Part shown: positions 50,545 through 61,324 of the stretch, piece by piece
Position numbering within the stretch: position 1 is the stretch's first letter
Layout: each line of letters starts with the position of its first letter
DNA from: an uncultured cyanobacterium
Lineage (GTDB): Bacteria > Cyanobacteriota > Cyanobacteriia > PCC-9006 > JAAUQQ01
Direction: 5' to 3'
Assembly: GCA_963718615.1 (NCBI GenBank)
Contig: OY970368.1
Coordinates: forward strand, 5,216,001-5,280,000
Length of the DNA stretch: 64,000 bases
The notes under the pieces: model-generated
Told to the model about the DNA's origin: nothing
The model's database searches: none
What the model saw: the letters and a program-made list of their open reading frames with translations, nothing else
Position numbers and translations under genes: made by a program

Positions 50545-51336
50545 GTGACTACCTTTATTTTTGACTTTGACGGTACTTTAGCGGATACCGTCGGTCCCTT
50601 ATTAAGCATCGCCAATGACTTATCCCGTGAGTTTGGGTTTGCGCCGCTCAATGACGCGGAGTTCCAGCGCCTGCGTGCGTTGGGCACCCGAGAAATTTTG
50701 AGTGAAGGACGGATTTCTGTCTGGAAAATACCAGCACTAGTCCGGCGCGTCAAACAGGAGCAGCATTTGCTGATGGCACAGATCCAAATTGTCCCCGGCA
50801 TGGCAGAAGTGCTCTGGGCCTTGAAAGCTCGGGGCGATCGCCTCGGGATTGCCACCTCTAATTCGGCGGACAATGTAGAAATATTTTTAACCAAGTATGG
50901 TCTCAACGACGTCTTCGACTTTACGACCACAGGCATCACGCTGTTTGGCAAAGCTCGTGTTCTGCGGAAGATTTTGCGACAGCACCAGCTTGATCCCAGT
51001 CGGACAATCTATGTAGGTGACGAAGTTCGGGACATGGTAGCGGCCAAGGCTGTGGGGATGCATTCCTTGGGGGTTGCCTGGGGGTTTAATACCGTGTCTG
51101 CCTTAGAACAGGTCGAAGCTGATTTTGTCATTGAGGCACCAGCGGACTTTTTGCGTCTTTCGTTCAGCGCGCTTCTGCAAGATCATCACTCCAGCAGTCC
51201 AGCCTCTTCGCAAGAGCTCCAGCCCTGGCAGCCCTGCCGTGATACTTCCGCCTATCCTGCCGACTCGGCTGCGACTTGGCCTCTGGAATGGTCGATTCTG
51301 CCGTCCTTGGCTCCCTCAGGACAGCCTTTTATGTAA
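50545..51336 (+). CDS. HAD-family hydrolase (phosphoglycolate phosphatase-like)
   Basis: FDFDGTLADT, IATSN, YVGDEVRD. Confidence 0.88.
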   Translation: MTTFIFDFDGTLADTVGPLLSIANDLSREFGFAPLNDAEFQRLRALGTREILSEGRISVWKIPALVRRVKQEQHLLMAQIQIVPGMAEVLWALKARGDRLGIATSNSADNVEIFLTKYGLNDVFDFTTTGITLFGKARVLRKILRQHQLDPSRTIYVGDEVRDMVAAKAVGMHSLGVAWGFNTVSALEQVEADFVIEAPADFLRLSFSALLQDHHSSSPASSQELQPWQPCRDTSAYPADSAATWPLEWSILPSLAPSGQPFM

Positions 51337-51410
51337 AATTTTGTGATCTGAAATTTTGTGATCTGAAATTTTGTTACCTGGAGTTTTGTTACCTGAAATT
51401 TTGTGAAATC
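51336..51410. repeat. Five 15-bp tandem repeats upstream of glgE
   Basis: AAATTTTGTGATCTG x2, AAATTTTGTTACCTG, GAGTTTTGTTACCTG, AAATTTTGTGAAATC. Confidence 0.85.
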
Positions 51411-51500
51411 TTTCTTCTGATAGGTGATTGAGACGACGATTAAAAGCGACAGTAACGGGGCGACAATAAGCTTGCAGGCAGAATTTAGGATCACTAAACC

Positions 51501-53474
51501 GTGAAAACGCTACCGAAAGAAGGCCGTAGTCGGGTTGTTATCGAACAGGTGTGGCCACAAATCGATGGCGGACGTTTTCCTGTTAAGCGCGTGCAGGGGG
51601 ACAGTCTCACCGTAGAAGCCAATCTCATCGCCGATGGCCATGATGCTATCGCTGCTGTCATTCGCTATCGGCCAAAGTCTGCCGTTACCTGGCAAGAGGC
51701 TCCCCTCTACAGCCGGATGGATGGTAGCGATCGCTGGTGGGGAACCTTCTCCGTCTCAGAAATTGGTCCCTATCTGTACACCATTCAGGGGTGGATCGAT
51801 CACTTCGCTACCTGGCAACAGGGATTTGTCAAGAAAGCCGCTGCGGACCAAGACCTCACTGTTGAACTTCAACTCGGACGCAGTTTGATTCAGCAAACCC
51901 TTACTCGCTGTCCTGAGCAGAGCGATCGCCATCACTTGGAAGGTTATCTAGCCAAGATCGATGGGTTCAAGCCGGCGGATTCTGGGGCGCTGGTGGAGTT
52001 GCTGAGTGGAGAAGCGGTGCGATCGCTGATGCAGCGCTATCCCGATCGTAGTTTTGCCAGCACCTATGGTCTGGAATTAGAACTTTGGATCGATCGCAAA
52101 CGCGCGGAATTCAGCACCTGGTACGAATTTTTTCCGCGTTCCTGTGGCCAACCCAACCAGCATGGAACGTTTCGAGATGCGATCGAACGGTTGCCCTATG
52201 TTGCTGACATGGGGTTTGATGTGGTGTACTTGCCACCGATTCATCCCATTGGCCAGCAGTTTCGCAAAGGCAAAAACAATGCCGTCGCCGCAGAACCCGA
52301 CGATGTTGGGGTGCCCTGGGGCATTGGCAGTCTTGAAGGGGGACACAAGGCGATTCATCCGGAGTTAGGAACACTGGCCGATTTTCAGGCACTGGTTGCG
52401 GCAGCCCAGGGTCACGGTTTAGAAATTGCGCTGGATCTAGCCTACCAGTGTTCGCCGGACCATCCCTATGTGCGCGAAAATCCGCAGTGGTTTAAGCATC
52501 GACCCGATGGCACCATCCAATACGCCGAAAATCCACCCAAAAAATACCAAGATATCTATCCCCTTGACTTTGAAACCGATGATTGGGAGAACCTTTGGCA
52601 AGAACTGAAAAGTGTTGTGCTCTTCTGGGTGGCTCAAGGGGTCAAAATTTTTCGAGTAGACAATCCCCACACCAAATCCCTAGCCTTTTGGGAATGGGTG
52701 ATTGCTGAAGTCCATGATCAGGATCCAGAGGTGTTGTTCCTGGCGGAAGCCTTTACCCGGCCCACGCTGATGTATCGATTGGCTAAACTTGGCTTTTCCC
52801 AGTCCTACACCTATTTCACTTGGCGCAATCATAAGCAAGAGCTGATTGACTATATGGTCGAGCTCACCCAAACATCCGTTCAGGATTTTTTCCGGCCTAA
52901 TTTCTGGCCGAATACGCCGGATATTTTACATGCCTATTTGCAACAGGGTGGGCGACCGGCCTTTGTGATTCGCTTGGTGCTAGCGGCGACTTTGACCAGC
53001 AACTATGGTATCTATGGACCGGCCTACGAAGTCTGCGAGAATCGGGCTGTTCGTGAAGGCAGTGAAGAGTATTTGAACTCTGAAAAATATCAGCTTCGCA
53101 GTTGGGATTTAGATAGTCCCTACTCCATTCAAGACTTTGTGACTCGGCTTAACTGGGCTAGACGAGAGCATCTTTCGTTACAGACAAACCGTGCTTTAAG
53201 GTTTCATTATGTAAATAATAGTCAAATACTTTGCTACAGCAAGCAAACCTCCGACTATCAAGATGTAATGCTAGTTGTGGTGAGTTTGAATCCCCATGAA
53301 GTGCAGATGGGGTATGTGGATCTTCCCCTCGAATCCCTGGGGCTCGATCCTGCTCGGGAGTATAAACTGCACGATATTCTCAACCTAGAGACCTACACTT
53401 GGTTTGGGGGACATAACTACATCGAACTTCACCCCCATTGGCGACCGGCCCACGTTTTTTGGATAGAACAATAA
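51501..53474 (+). CDS. glgE: Alpha-1,4-glucan:maltose-1-phosphate maltosyltransferase
   Basis: [42 protein letters not shown]. Confidence 0.95.
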   Translation: MKTLPKEGRSRVVIEQVWPQIDGGRFPVKRVQGDSLTVEANLIADGHDAIAAVIRYRPKSAVTWQEAPLYSRMDGSDRWWGTFSVSEIGPYLYTIQGWIDHFATWQQGFVKKAAADQDLTVELQLGRSLIQQTLTRCPEQSDRHHLEGYLAKIDGFKPADSGALVELLSGEAVRSLMQRYPDRSFASTYGLELELWIDRKRAEFSTWYEFFPRSCGQPNQHGTFRDAIERLPYVADMGFDVVYLPPIHPIGQQFRKGKNNAVAAEPDDVGVPWGIGSLEGGHKAIHPELGTLADFQALVAAAQGHGLEIALDLAYQCSPDHPYVRENPQWFKHRPDGTIQYAENPPKKYQDIYPLDFETDDWENLWQELKSVVLFWVAQGVKIFRVDNPHTKSLAFWEWVIAEVHDQDPEVLFLAEAFTRPTLMYRLAKLGFSQSYTYFTWRNHKQELIDYMVELTQTSVQDFFRPNFWPNTPDILHAYLQQGGRPAFVIRLVLAATLTSNYGIYGPAYEVCENRAVREGSEEYLNSEKYQLRSWDLDSPYSIQDFVTRLNWARREHLSLQTNRALRFHYVNNSQILCYSKQTSDYQDVMLVVVSLNPHEVQMGYVDLPLESLGLDPAREYKLHDILNLETYTWFGGHNYIELHPHWRPAHVFWIEQ

Positions 53475-53478
53475 ATTT

Positions 53479-56400
53479 ATGGTATCTGAATCCTCACCCT
53501 TCCTCTCAGACGATCCCCTGTGGTTTAAAGATTCGATCATTTATGAGGTACCGGTACGGGCCTTTGCAGATAGCGATAAAGATGGCATTGGCGACTTTAA
53601 GGGGCTCACGGAAAAGCTCGACTATATTCAAGACCTAGGGGTGACGGCGGTTTGGATTTTACCCTTCTTTCCGTCACCCCTGCGGGACGATGGCTACGAT
53701 ATTGCGGACTACTATAGTGTCAATCCCATTTATGGTACATTAGACGACTTTAAGGAGTTTTTGGATGCGGCGCACGATCGCGGTATTCGCGTCATCATTG
53801 AACTGATTGTTAACCATACCTCCGATCAGCATCCCTGGTTTCAACGAGCGCGTCGGGCCAAACCTGGCTCCACAGAACGGGATTTTTATGTATGGAGCGA
53901 TACCCCGAAAAAATATCCGGATGTGCGCATTATTTTCAAGGATTTTGAAACGTCTAATTGGACCTGGGATCCGATCGCCAATACCTATTACTGGCACCGT
54001 TTCTATTCCCATCAACCTGATATTAACTATGACAATTCAGCGGTTCAAAAGGCCGTTTTTGATGTCATGGATTTTTGGTTGGATTTGGGGGTAGATGGTC
54101 TGCGTTTGGACGCAGTTCCCTATCTCTATGAGCGGGAAGGGACCAACTGTGAAAATTTGCCCGAAACCCACGAGTTTCTCAAAAAACTGCGGACTCATAT
54201 TGACGAGCATTTCCCCAACCGGATGCTTTTAGCAGAGGCGAATCAATGGCCTGAGGATGCGGTGGAATACTATGGCCAAGGCGATGAGTGCCACATGGAT
54301 TTTCATTTTCCGCTGATGCCGCGTCTGTTTATGGCGCTGCAAATGGAAGATAGTTTTCCCATTGTCGATATCCTGCAACAAACGCCGTCCATTCCCGATA
54401 ATTGTCAGTGGGCGTTGTTTTTGCGTAACCATGACGAGCTCACGCTGGAAATGGTGAGCGATGAAGACCGAGACTATATGTATCGGGTTTATGCTCAGGA
54501 TCCGCAGGCACGCATCAATTTGGGCATTCGCCGCCGTCTAGCACCCTTGTTGGGGAACGATCGCCGCCGTATTGAATTGCTCAATGCTTTGCTCATGGCG
54601 TTGCCGGGAACGCCCGTGCTGTATTACGGCGATGAGATTGGCATGGGGGATAACTTTTATTTGGGCGATCGCCACGGCGTCCGAACTCCCATGCAATGGA
54701 GCGCCGATCGCAATGGGGGATTTAGTCAAGCCAACCCGCAAAAACTCTATGCGCCGTTGATTGTCGATCCGGAGTACAACTACGAGACTATTAATGTTGA
54801 AGCCCAGCGCTCCAATCCCAACTCATTGTGGTGGTGGATGAAGCGGTTGATTGCCACCAGAGGCCGGTTTAAGGCCTTTGGGCGGGGCTCGTTTGAGTTT
54901 TTGTATCCTGAAAATCGCAAGGTCCTAGCCTTTACACGCACCTATCAGGGTGAACATATTCTGGTGGTCGCGAATCTGTCCCGCTTTGTGCAAACCGTTG
55001 AGCTGGATATGGGGGCGTTTGTGGGCATGGTTCCCGTTGAAATCTTTGGCCAGGTCAAGTTTCCGGAGATTAGCGATCGCAACTATTTTCTCAGTCTGGG
55101 ACCCTACGCCTTCTATTGGTTTACGCTGGAGGTCTTTGAGAGCGAGACGGTTTTTGGCACCCCTTGGCAAGCTCCCCTGGTGAAAGTTTCCGGCAGGGTG
55201 GAAACACTCTGGACCAAGGCCGAGTCCAGAACGGCGTTGGAAAAGGTTCTGCCCGGTTATTTGATGACCTGTCGCTGGTTTGGGGGAAAAGCTCGCGGCA
55301 TTCAGGCGCTGACACTGGAGGAAGTGATTCCCTTACCGTCCACGGAGCAATCCTCCGATATCAAAGAGCATTATTTGCTGATGCTCAAAGTGGACTATGC
55401 GGAAGGTTTGCCGGAAACCTATTTATTGGCGTTGAGCTACGTAGAGTCGGCGGATACCGATGAAGTTCCGGCCTATGCCGTTGTACGATTGCAAGGCCGA
55501 GGGACGAAGGGCTATTTAGTAGAAGCTTTCCATCAAGAAGCATTTTTGTCGATTCCGCTGCGGGCGATCGCCCAACAAACGCGCTTTAAGGGTCTGGAAG
55601 GTGAACTCGTTGCGACTCAAACTTCTGCCTTTGTCTCGCTCTGTGGCGAAGCCTATGATCCTTCAAAACCCTTGCATTTGCCTGCACAACCAATGCGGGG
55701 AGAGCAAAGCAATTCATCGGTGGTGTATGGCGATCGCCTCATTCTCAAGCTATTTCGTCGGGTCGAAGAAGGGGTGAACCCGGATCTAGAAATCGGTAGC
55801 TTTTTAACCCAACTTTCCGCCAAAAAAGGGCTACCCCGCACAGACAACTTTGCTCCCATTGCAGGTTCCTTGGAATATCGATGTCGTGGTAAGGAACCTA
55901 TAACTTTAGGCTTAATGCAGCGGTTTGTTCCAGATATTCGAGATGCCTGGACGTTTAGTCTAGACAGTTTGCGGGACTGTTTTGATAAGGTTTTAGCCTT
56001 GGATCTGGAGATAGGCGAAATTGCGATCGCTCCGCTGCCGATGGCGGCTATCAGTGGTGAAGTTCCGGCCCTAGCCCTTGAAGTGATGGGGGCATATCTC
56101 AGCAATATGGGATTGCTTGGACAGCGAACTGCCGAGTTGCACATTGCCCTCACGCTAGATTCGGATAATCCATCCTTCCGACCCGAGCCCTTTAATTCCT
56201 TTGACCAACGCTCGGTTTATCAATCGATGCGGAATCTAACCGGTCAATCGTTTATTCTGCTCAAGAAACAGCTAGGGCAGCTTCCGCCAGAGCTGCAAAG
56301 CCTTGGCCAAACTTTACTCAATCATCGTGAGATTCTAATGAGTCGATTTAAGGCTCTCTTAGATTTAAAGATGACCTCGCTACGCACCCGCTGTCATGGT

Positions 56401-56877
56401 GACTATCACCTGGGGCAAGTGCTGTACACCGGTAAGGATTTTGTCATCATCGATTTTGAAGGAGAACCGGCTCGGCCTTTAAGTGAGCGGCGGATGAAGC
56501 GATCGCCCCTACGGGATGTTGCGGGTATGCTGCAATCGTTTTACTACGCCAGCCAAATGGCTCTCCGTAGAGAAGTTGAAACAGGGCTGATTCGCGATGA
56601 AAATTTGCCGTTGATGGAGCAATGGACGCGCTTTTTCTATACTTGGTCTAGTGCTGCGTTCCTCAAGGAATATCTGGCCACAGCAAAGGACGCAGAAACT
56701 GCCTTTTTACCTAAGACGACTCCAGAACTACAGATTCTTCTGGATGCCTATTTGTTAGAAAAGGCGGTGTACGAACTCAGTTATGAACTTAATAACCGAC
56801 CCACATGGGCTGGGATTCCGATGCAGCGTATTTTGGAGTTGCTGGAAGCTGTAAAAATGACCTATTGGCAGCTCTAG
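53479..56877 (+). CDS. treS: Trehalose synthase-maltokinase fusion (TreS-Mak/Pep2)
   Basis: [23 protein letters not shown]; C-terminal [22 protein letters not shown]. Confidence 0.95.
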   Translation: MVSESSPFLSDDPLWFKDSIIYEVPVRAFADSDKDGIGDFKGLTEKLDYIQDLGVTAVWILPFFPSPLRDDGYDIADYYSVNPIYGTLDDFKEFLDAAHDRGIRVIIELIVNHTSDQHPWFQRARRAKPGSTERDFYVWSDTPKKYPDVRIIFKDFETSNWTWDPIANTYYWHRFYSHQPDINYDNSAVQKAVFDVMDFWLDLGVDGLRLDAVPYLYEREGTNCENLPETHEFLKKLRTHIDEHFPNRMLLAEANQWPEDAVEYYGQGDECHMDFHFPLMPRLFMALQMEDSFPIVDILQQTPSIPDNCQWALFLRNHDELTLEMVSDEDRDYMYRVYAQDPQARINLGIRRRLAPLLGNDRRRIELLNALLMALPGTPVLYYGDEIGMGDNFYLGDRHGVRTPMQWSADRNGGFSQANPQKLYAPLIVDPEYNYETINVEAQRSNPNSLWWWMKRLIATRGRFKAFGRGSFEFLYPENRKVLAFTRTYQGEHILVVANLSRFVQTVELDMGAFVGMVPVEIFGQVKFPEISDRNYFLSLGPYAFYWFTLEVFESETVFGTPWQAPLVKVSGRVETLWTKAESRTALEKVLPGYLMTCRWFGGKARGIQALTLEEVIPLPSTEQSSDIKEHYLLMLKVDYAEGLPETYLLALSYVESADTDEVPAYAVVRLQGRGTKGYLVEAFHQEAFLSIPLRAIAQQTRFKGLEGELVATQTSAFVSLCGEAYDPSKPLHLPAQPMRGEQSNSSVVYGDRLILKLFRRVEEGVNPDLEIGSFLTQLSAKKGLPRTDNFAPIAGSLEYRCRGKEPITLGLMQRFVPDIRDAWTFSLDSLRDCFDKVLALDLEIGEIAIAPLPMAAISGEVPALALEVMGAYLSNMGLLGQRTAELHIALTLDSDNPSFRPEPFNSFDQRSVYQSMRNLTGQSFILLKKQLGQLPPELQSLGQTLLNHREILMSRFKALLDLKMTSLRTRCHGDYHLGQVLYTGKDFVIIDFEGEPARPLSERRMKRSPLRDVAGMLQSFYYASQMALRREVETGLIRDENLPLMEQWTRFFYTWSSAAFLKEYLATAKDAETAFLPKTTPELQILLDAYLLEKAVYELSYELNNRPTWAGIPMQRILELLEAVKMTYWQL

Positions 56878-56893
56878 ATAGGGTTGAGACCTA

Positions 56894-56926
56894 GAGAAAC
56901 AGGTTACTTCTAGTAGCCTGTTTCTC
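56894..56926. terminator. Stem-loop after treS
   Basis: GAGAAACAGGTTAC-TTCTA-GTAGCCTGTTTCTC. Confidence 0.55.
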
Positions 56927-57023
56927 CTGTGGTTCTCTTTTACTTAAATCTCTTTCCCTTGGTAGAGAGGCTTCGGGTAAGACGACTGTAAAAATGTTGT
57001 CAGGCACTTTAGACATCTTCCCC

Positions 57024-58679
57024 ATGGAAAGTTCTATCGAATTTAAGCTGTTCGCTCCTTACAACTCAGCAGCTTTTCTAAAAGGATGCTTTTCTGATTG
57101 GCAAGATCTTCCCATGGAAAAGGATTCAGATGGCTACTTTCGTGTCAATGTTGGTCTAGGAGATGGTGTTTATTACTATAAGTTTTGCCTTCAGTCTCAG
57201 TCTTGGTTTTTGGCAGAAAATTCCTGGGTTGAAATTACCGATCCTTACGCCACCGAGATTGACGATGCGACTCAGAATAGCGTTTTGAGGATAAAGGAGG
57301 GCGATCGCATCATCGACACCTACCTATGGCAGCATGATGACCAGCCATTACCTGCGGACGATGAGCTGGTGATTTATGAGCTTCATGTGGGTGACTTTTC
57401 CGGTGGCGAAGCCGATCGGTGGGCACGGGGGCAATTTAGACATGTGCTTGAAAAGCTCGATTATCTCTGCGATTTAGGGATTAACGCGATCGAGCTCATG
57501 CCGATCAACGAATATCCAGGAGACCACAGTTGGGGATACAATCCTCGTCATTTCTTCGCTGTAGAGTCCAGCTACGGCTCAACTACGGATCTAAAACGAT
57601 TAATTGACGAATGCCATGGAAGAGGGATTCGGGTTTTCCTTGATGGGGTCTATAACCATAGTGAATCTGAGTGTCCGCTGACAAAAATTGACTCTGATTA
57701 TTGGTTCCACCACGAAGCTCGGGATCCAGATAACTACTGGGGACCGGAATTTAATTATGATCTTTATGATGAGTCATTAAAGATATATCCTGCCCGGAGT
57801 TTTATTCGCGATGTAGTTTGCTTTTGGATTAAGGAATATCACATTGATGGCATTCGCTACGATGCTGTTAAACAAATTGATAACTATGATGTTCTCCACC
57901 ACCTAGCGGCGGAAACCAAGAAAACTGCAGGATTAAAACCCTTCTTCAATATTGCCGAGCATATTCCAGATACACCAAAAATTACCAATCTCGAAGGCCC
58001 TATGGATGCCTGTTGGCATGATACGTTTTATCATACGCTGACTGACTACTTATGCCAAAATCAATTGGATTGGGAGCAGTTCAAAGCCATTCTCGAACCT
58101 CGGCGACGGGGCTATATGGGCGTTACTAATATTGTTAACTATTTGACCAATCATGATCATAATCATCTCATGGCTGAACTCGGAGATCATGAGATTTTTG
58201 CAGCAGCAGCCTTTAAGCGAGTCAAGTTGGGAGCCGTTCTTTTATTTACCGCTGTAGGTGTGCCGATGGTGTGGATGGGGGAAGAGTTTGGGGAGTATAA
58301 GCCTAAAACAATTGAACAGGCTAAACTCGACTGGCTGTTGTTAGGAAATGCAGACAACGAGGAGTTGTTTCAGTTTTATCGAGGGCTGGTCCATTTACGT
58401 CGGGAGAATCATGCTTTGCGATCGCCCAACATCGACTTTTTCCACGAAGACCCCGACTACCGCGTTTTAGCATTTGTCCGCTGGGATAGCGAGGGTTCAC
58501 GGGTGGTCGTCATTGCTAACCTTTCAAATCAATTTTTGGCGGACTACTGCGTCTCGCATTTCCCAGCCGTCGGTCGATGGCATGAGTGGACGAGTGACTA
58601 TGATCTACAAGCCGAGGCAGATCAGCTGTACCTTGATTTACCCGCATGTGAGGCTAAAGTCCTGGTTTTTTCTAACTAA
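57024..58679 (+). CDS. GH13 alpha-amylase-family enzyme with N-terminal CBM48-like domain
   Basis: IYELHVGDF, IELMP, WGYNP, GIRYDAV, IAEH, NHDH. Confidence 0.88.
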   Translation: MESSIEFKLFAPYNSAAFLKGCFSDWQDLPMEKDSDGYFRVNVGLGDGVYYYKFCLQSQSWFLAENSWVEITDPYATEIDDATQNSVLRIKEGDRIIDTYLWQHDDQPLPADDELVIYELHVGDFSGGEADRWARGQFRHVLEKLDYLCDLGINAIELMPINEYPGDHSWGYNPRHFFAVESSYGSTTDLKRLIDECHGRGIRVFLDGVYNHSESECPLTKIDSDYWFHHEARDPDNYWGPEFNYDLYDESLKIYPARSFIRDVVCFWIKEYHIDGIRYDAVKQIDNYDVLHHLAAETKKTAGLKPFFNIAEHIPDTPKITNLEGPMDACWHDTFYHTLTDYLCQNQLDWEQFKAILEPRRRGYMGVTNIVNYLTNHDHNHLMAELGDHEIFAAAAFKRVKLGAVLLFTAVGVPMVWMGEEFGEYKPKTIEQAKLDWLLLGNADNEELFQFYRGLVHLRRENHALRSPNIDFFHEDPDYRVLAFVRWDSEGSRVVVIANLSNQFLADYCVSHFPAVGRWHEWTSDYDLQAEADQLYLDLPACEAKVLVFSN

Positions 58680-58806
58680 AGGTCCGCTACGGCTTGATTT
58701 TAAGGCTTATCTAGCATCTATTTTGCCAAATGGTTCGGTATCCAGAACCTAGTCTAGCTGAAAGTCGGTCTACACTAGAGACGTTCAAGGTGTCGGAGAA
58801 GCGTCC

Positions 58807-60960
58807 ATGTATCTGTCTCTATGGCCTGGAAAACCCTATCCCTTGGGTGCTGCTTGGGATGGCAAGGGCACAAACTTTGCCATTTTTTCAGAACATGCCA
58901 CGGGGGTTGATCTCTGCCTGTTCGATAAACGAGGGCGAGAAACACGTCTGCCTTTGAATGAGGTGACCAATTTTGTATGGCACGGCTATGTGCCTTCTGT
59001 GGGGCCGGGACAGCGCTACGGTTTTCGAGTCCATGGACCCTTTTCACCGGAGGAGGGCCATCGTTTCAACCCTCACAAATTACTGATCGATCCCTATGCC
59101 AAGGCCCTAGATGGCGATATTGCCTTTTCGGAGGAGATCTTTGGCTATCGCTGGAATGATCCCAAAGAAGATCTCGGATTTTCAGAATTAGATAGTGCGC
59201 CCTACGTACCCAAAGCTTTAGTTGTAGATGAATCTTTTGACTGGGAAGGGGACGAACGGCTGCAATTACCCTGGTACGAGACCGTTATTTATGAAACCCA
59301 TGTTCGTGGTTTCACTAAACTCCATCCAGAAATCCCCCGAAAATTGCGAGGAACCTATGCTGGACTCGCCCACCCCGCTTCTATTTCCCATCTCCAATCC
59401 TTGGGCATTACTGCGGTTGAGTTGATGCCCATTCATCATTTTCTCAGTCAACCAGGACATCTTGCTAATCAGGGTCTACGCAACTATTGGGGATATGACT
59501 CGATCGCCTTTTTGGCCCCCCATGCGGCCTATTGTTCGACCACGACTCCGGGTCGGCAGGTACAAGAATTTAAGGAGATGGTGAAAGCGCTGCACAAAGC
59601 GGGAATTGAAGTGATTTTGGACGTGGTTTATAACCATACGGGCGAAGGCAATCACATGGGGCCAACCCTCTCACTGCGAGGGATTGACAATGCGGCTTAC
59701 TATCGGCTGCTGGATGGTGATCCGCGTTACTACATGGATTATACGGGCTGCGGCAACTCGCTCAATGCGCGCAACCCTCAGGGGCTCAAGCTGATTATGG
59801 ATAGCCTACGCTACTGGGTGCTGGAAATGCATGTGGATGGCTTCCGATTTGACCTTGCTTCGGCTCTGGCTCGGGAATTACATGCGGTTGATCGGCTATC
59901 AGCTTTCTTTGATATTATTCACCAGGATCCAGTCCTTGCCGATGTGAAGCTGATTGCAGAACCTTGGGATGTGGGAGAAGGGGGCTATCAGGTGGGTGGT
60001 TTCCCATTACTGTGGTCGGAATGGAACGGTAAGTATCGGGATACTGTTCGTGATTTCTGGCGGGGTGAAGACAGTCGTCTAGCAGAGTTTGCCTATCGTT
60101 TTACCGGTAGCTCAGATCTATATATGAGTAATGGCCGTAGCCCCCATGCCAGCATTAATTTCATCACGGCTCATGATGGATTTACGCTCAATGATCTCGT
60201 TAGCTATAATCACAAACATAATGATGCCAATGGCGAAGGTAATCGCGATGGAGATGATCATAATCGCTCTTGGAATTGTGGGGTTGAAGGCGAAACTAAT
60301 GATTCCAAAGTTCTAAAGTTGCGAGAACGACAGCGTCGAAATTTTCTGGCAACTATGTTTTTATCCCAAGGAATTCCGATGTTACTGAGCGGCGACGAAA
60401 TGGGGCGCACTCAACAAGGAAATAACAATCCTTACTGTCAGGATAACGAAACTTCTTGGTTAGATTGGGAGTTACAAGAAGAAAACGAAGCGTTCTTAGA
60501 CTTTACGCGGCAACTCATTGACTTTCGACGACAGCATCCGATTTTTCGGCGTCGTAAATGGTTTATGGGTCGTGCGATTCATGGTTCTGGGGTGCATGAT
60601 ATCGGTTGGTTCAATCCCGACGGTCATGAAATGACTGAAAAGCAGTGGAATGACGGCCTGACCAAGGCGATTAGCATTTTCCTCAATGGGGAAGAGATTG
60701 CAACCTTGGGTACCCGAGGCGAGCGCGTTATTGATGACAGTTTTCTGATTTTATTTAATGCCCATTACGAGATGCTGGAGTTTGTCCTGCCGGAGGGCTT
60801 GCAAAAGTGGGAATGGGTAGTTCAGATCGATACAACGCGGCCTCGATTTGTACGGCGGGGGCGGCGATATCAGGAAGATAAAGGGATTACGGTGGAGGGG
60901 CGATCGCTCATGCTTCTCCAGCGGTTGGGCCGGATTGCATCGACGGAGGATGAGGATTAG
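58807..60960 (+). CDS. glgX: Glycogen debranching enzyme (isoamylase)
   Basis: PYPLGA, NYWGY, GFRFDLAS, IAEPWD, TAHDGFTL. Confidence 0.95.
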   Translation: MYLSLWPGKPYPLGAAWDGKGTNFAIFSEHATGVDLCLFDKRGRETRLPLNEVTNFVWHGYVPSVGPGQRYGFRVHGPFSPEEGHRFNPHKLLIDPYAKALDGDIAFSEEIFGYRWNDPKEDLGFSELDSAPYVPKALVVDESFDWEGDERLQLPWYETVIYETHVRGFTKLHPEIPRKLRGTYAGLAHPASISHLQSLGITAVELMPIHHFLSQPGHLANQGLRNYWGYDSIAFLAPHAAYCSTTTPGRQVQEFKEMVKALHKAGIEVILDVVYNHTGEGNHMGPTLSLRGIDNAAYYRLLDGDPRYYMDYTGCGNSLNARNPQGLKLIMDSLRYWVLEMHVDGFRFDLASALARELHAVDRLSAFFDIIHQDPVLADVKLIAEPWDVGEGGYQVGGFPLLWSEWNGKYRDTVRDFWRGEDSRLAEFAYRFTGSSDLYMSNGRSPHASINFITAHDGFTLNDLVSYNHKHNDANGEGNRDGDDHNRSWNCGVEGETNDSKVLKLRERQRRNFLATMFLSQGIPMLLSGDEMGRTQQGNNNPYCQDNETSWLDWELQEENEAFLDFTRQLIDFRRQHPIFRRRKWFMGRAIHGSGVHDIGWFNPDGHEMTEKQWNDGLTKAISIFLNGEEIATLGTRGERVIDDSFLILFNAHYEMLEFVLPEGLQKWEWVVQIDTTRPRFVRRGRRYQEDKGITVEGRSLMLLQRLGRIASTEDED

Positions 60961-61324
60961 TCGAAATTTTCTAGCTTTGGGGTGAATCCGAGGCCGGGAT
61001 CTGCGGAGACTTTTGCCGTTGTACTGTCGTAATTTTGCGATCGCCCCCTCGGTTTTTATCCAAGTAGTATTTCAGAGAACATAGAAACTCCAGAGATGAG
61101 ACAGCAGGTTCTCGGAATCTCGACCAAGCTGAGCATTCCAGTTTTGGAAAAATCTCGACAAGACTACCGAGACGAGCGAGATTTAAGTTGATGTCTGAGA
61201 AAAAATCAAGATTAATGAGACATAGGGATAAAGCTTTGATAAATGGCGCGGTTCTCGGTTCTACTTTGCCGTAATCCGCCGTTATGACAGAGAAGTTAGT
61301 CTCGTACTTCTTGCTTGTCCTACT

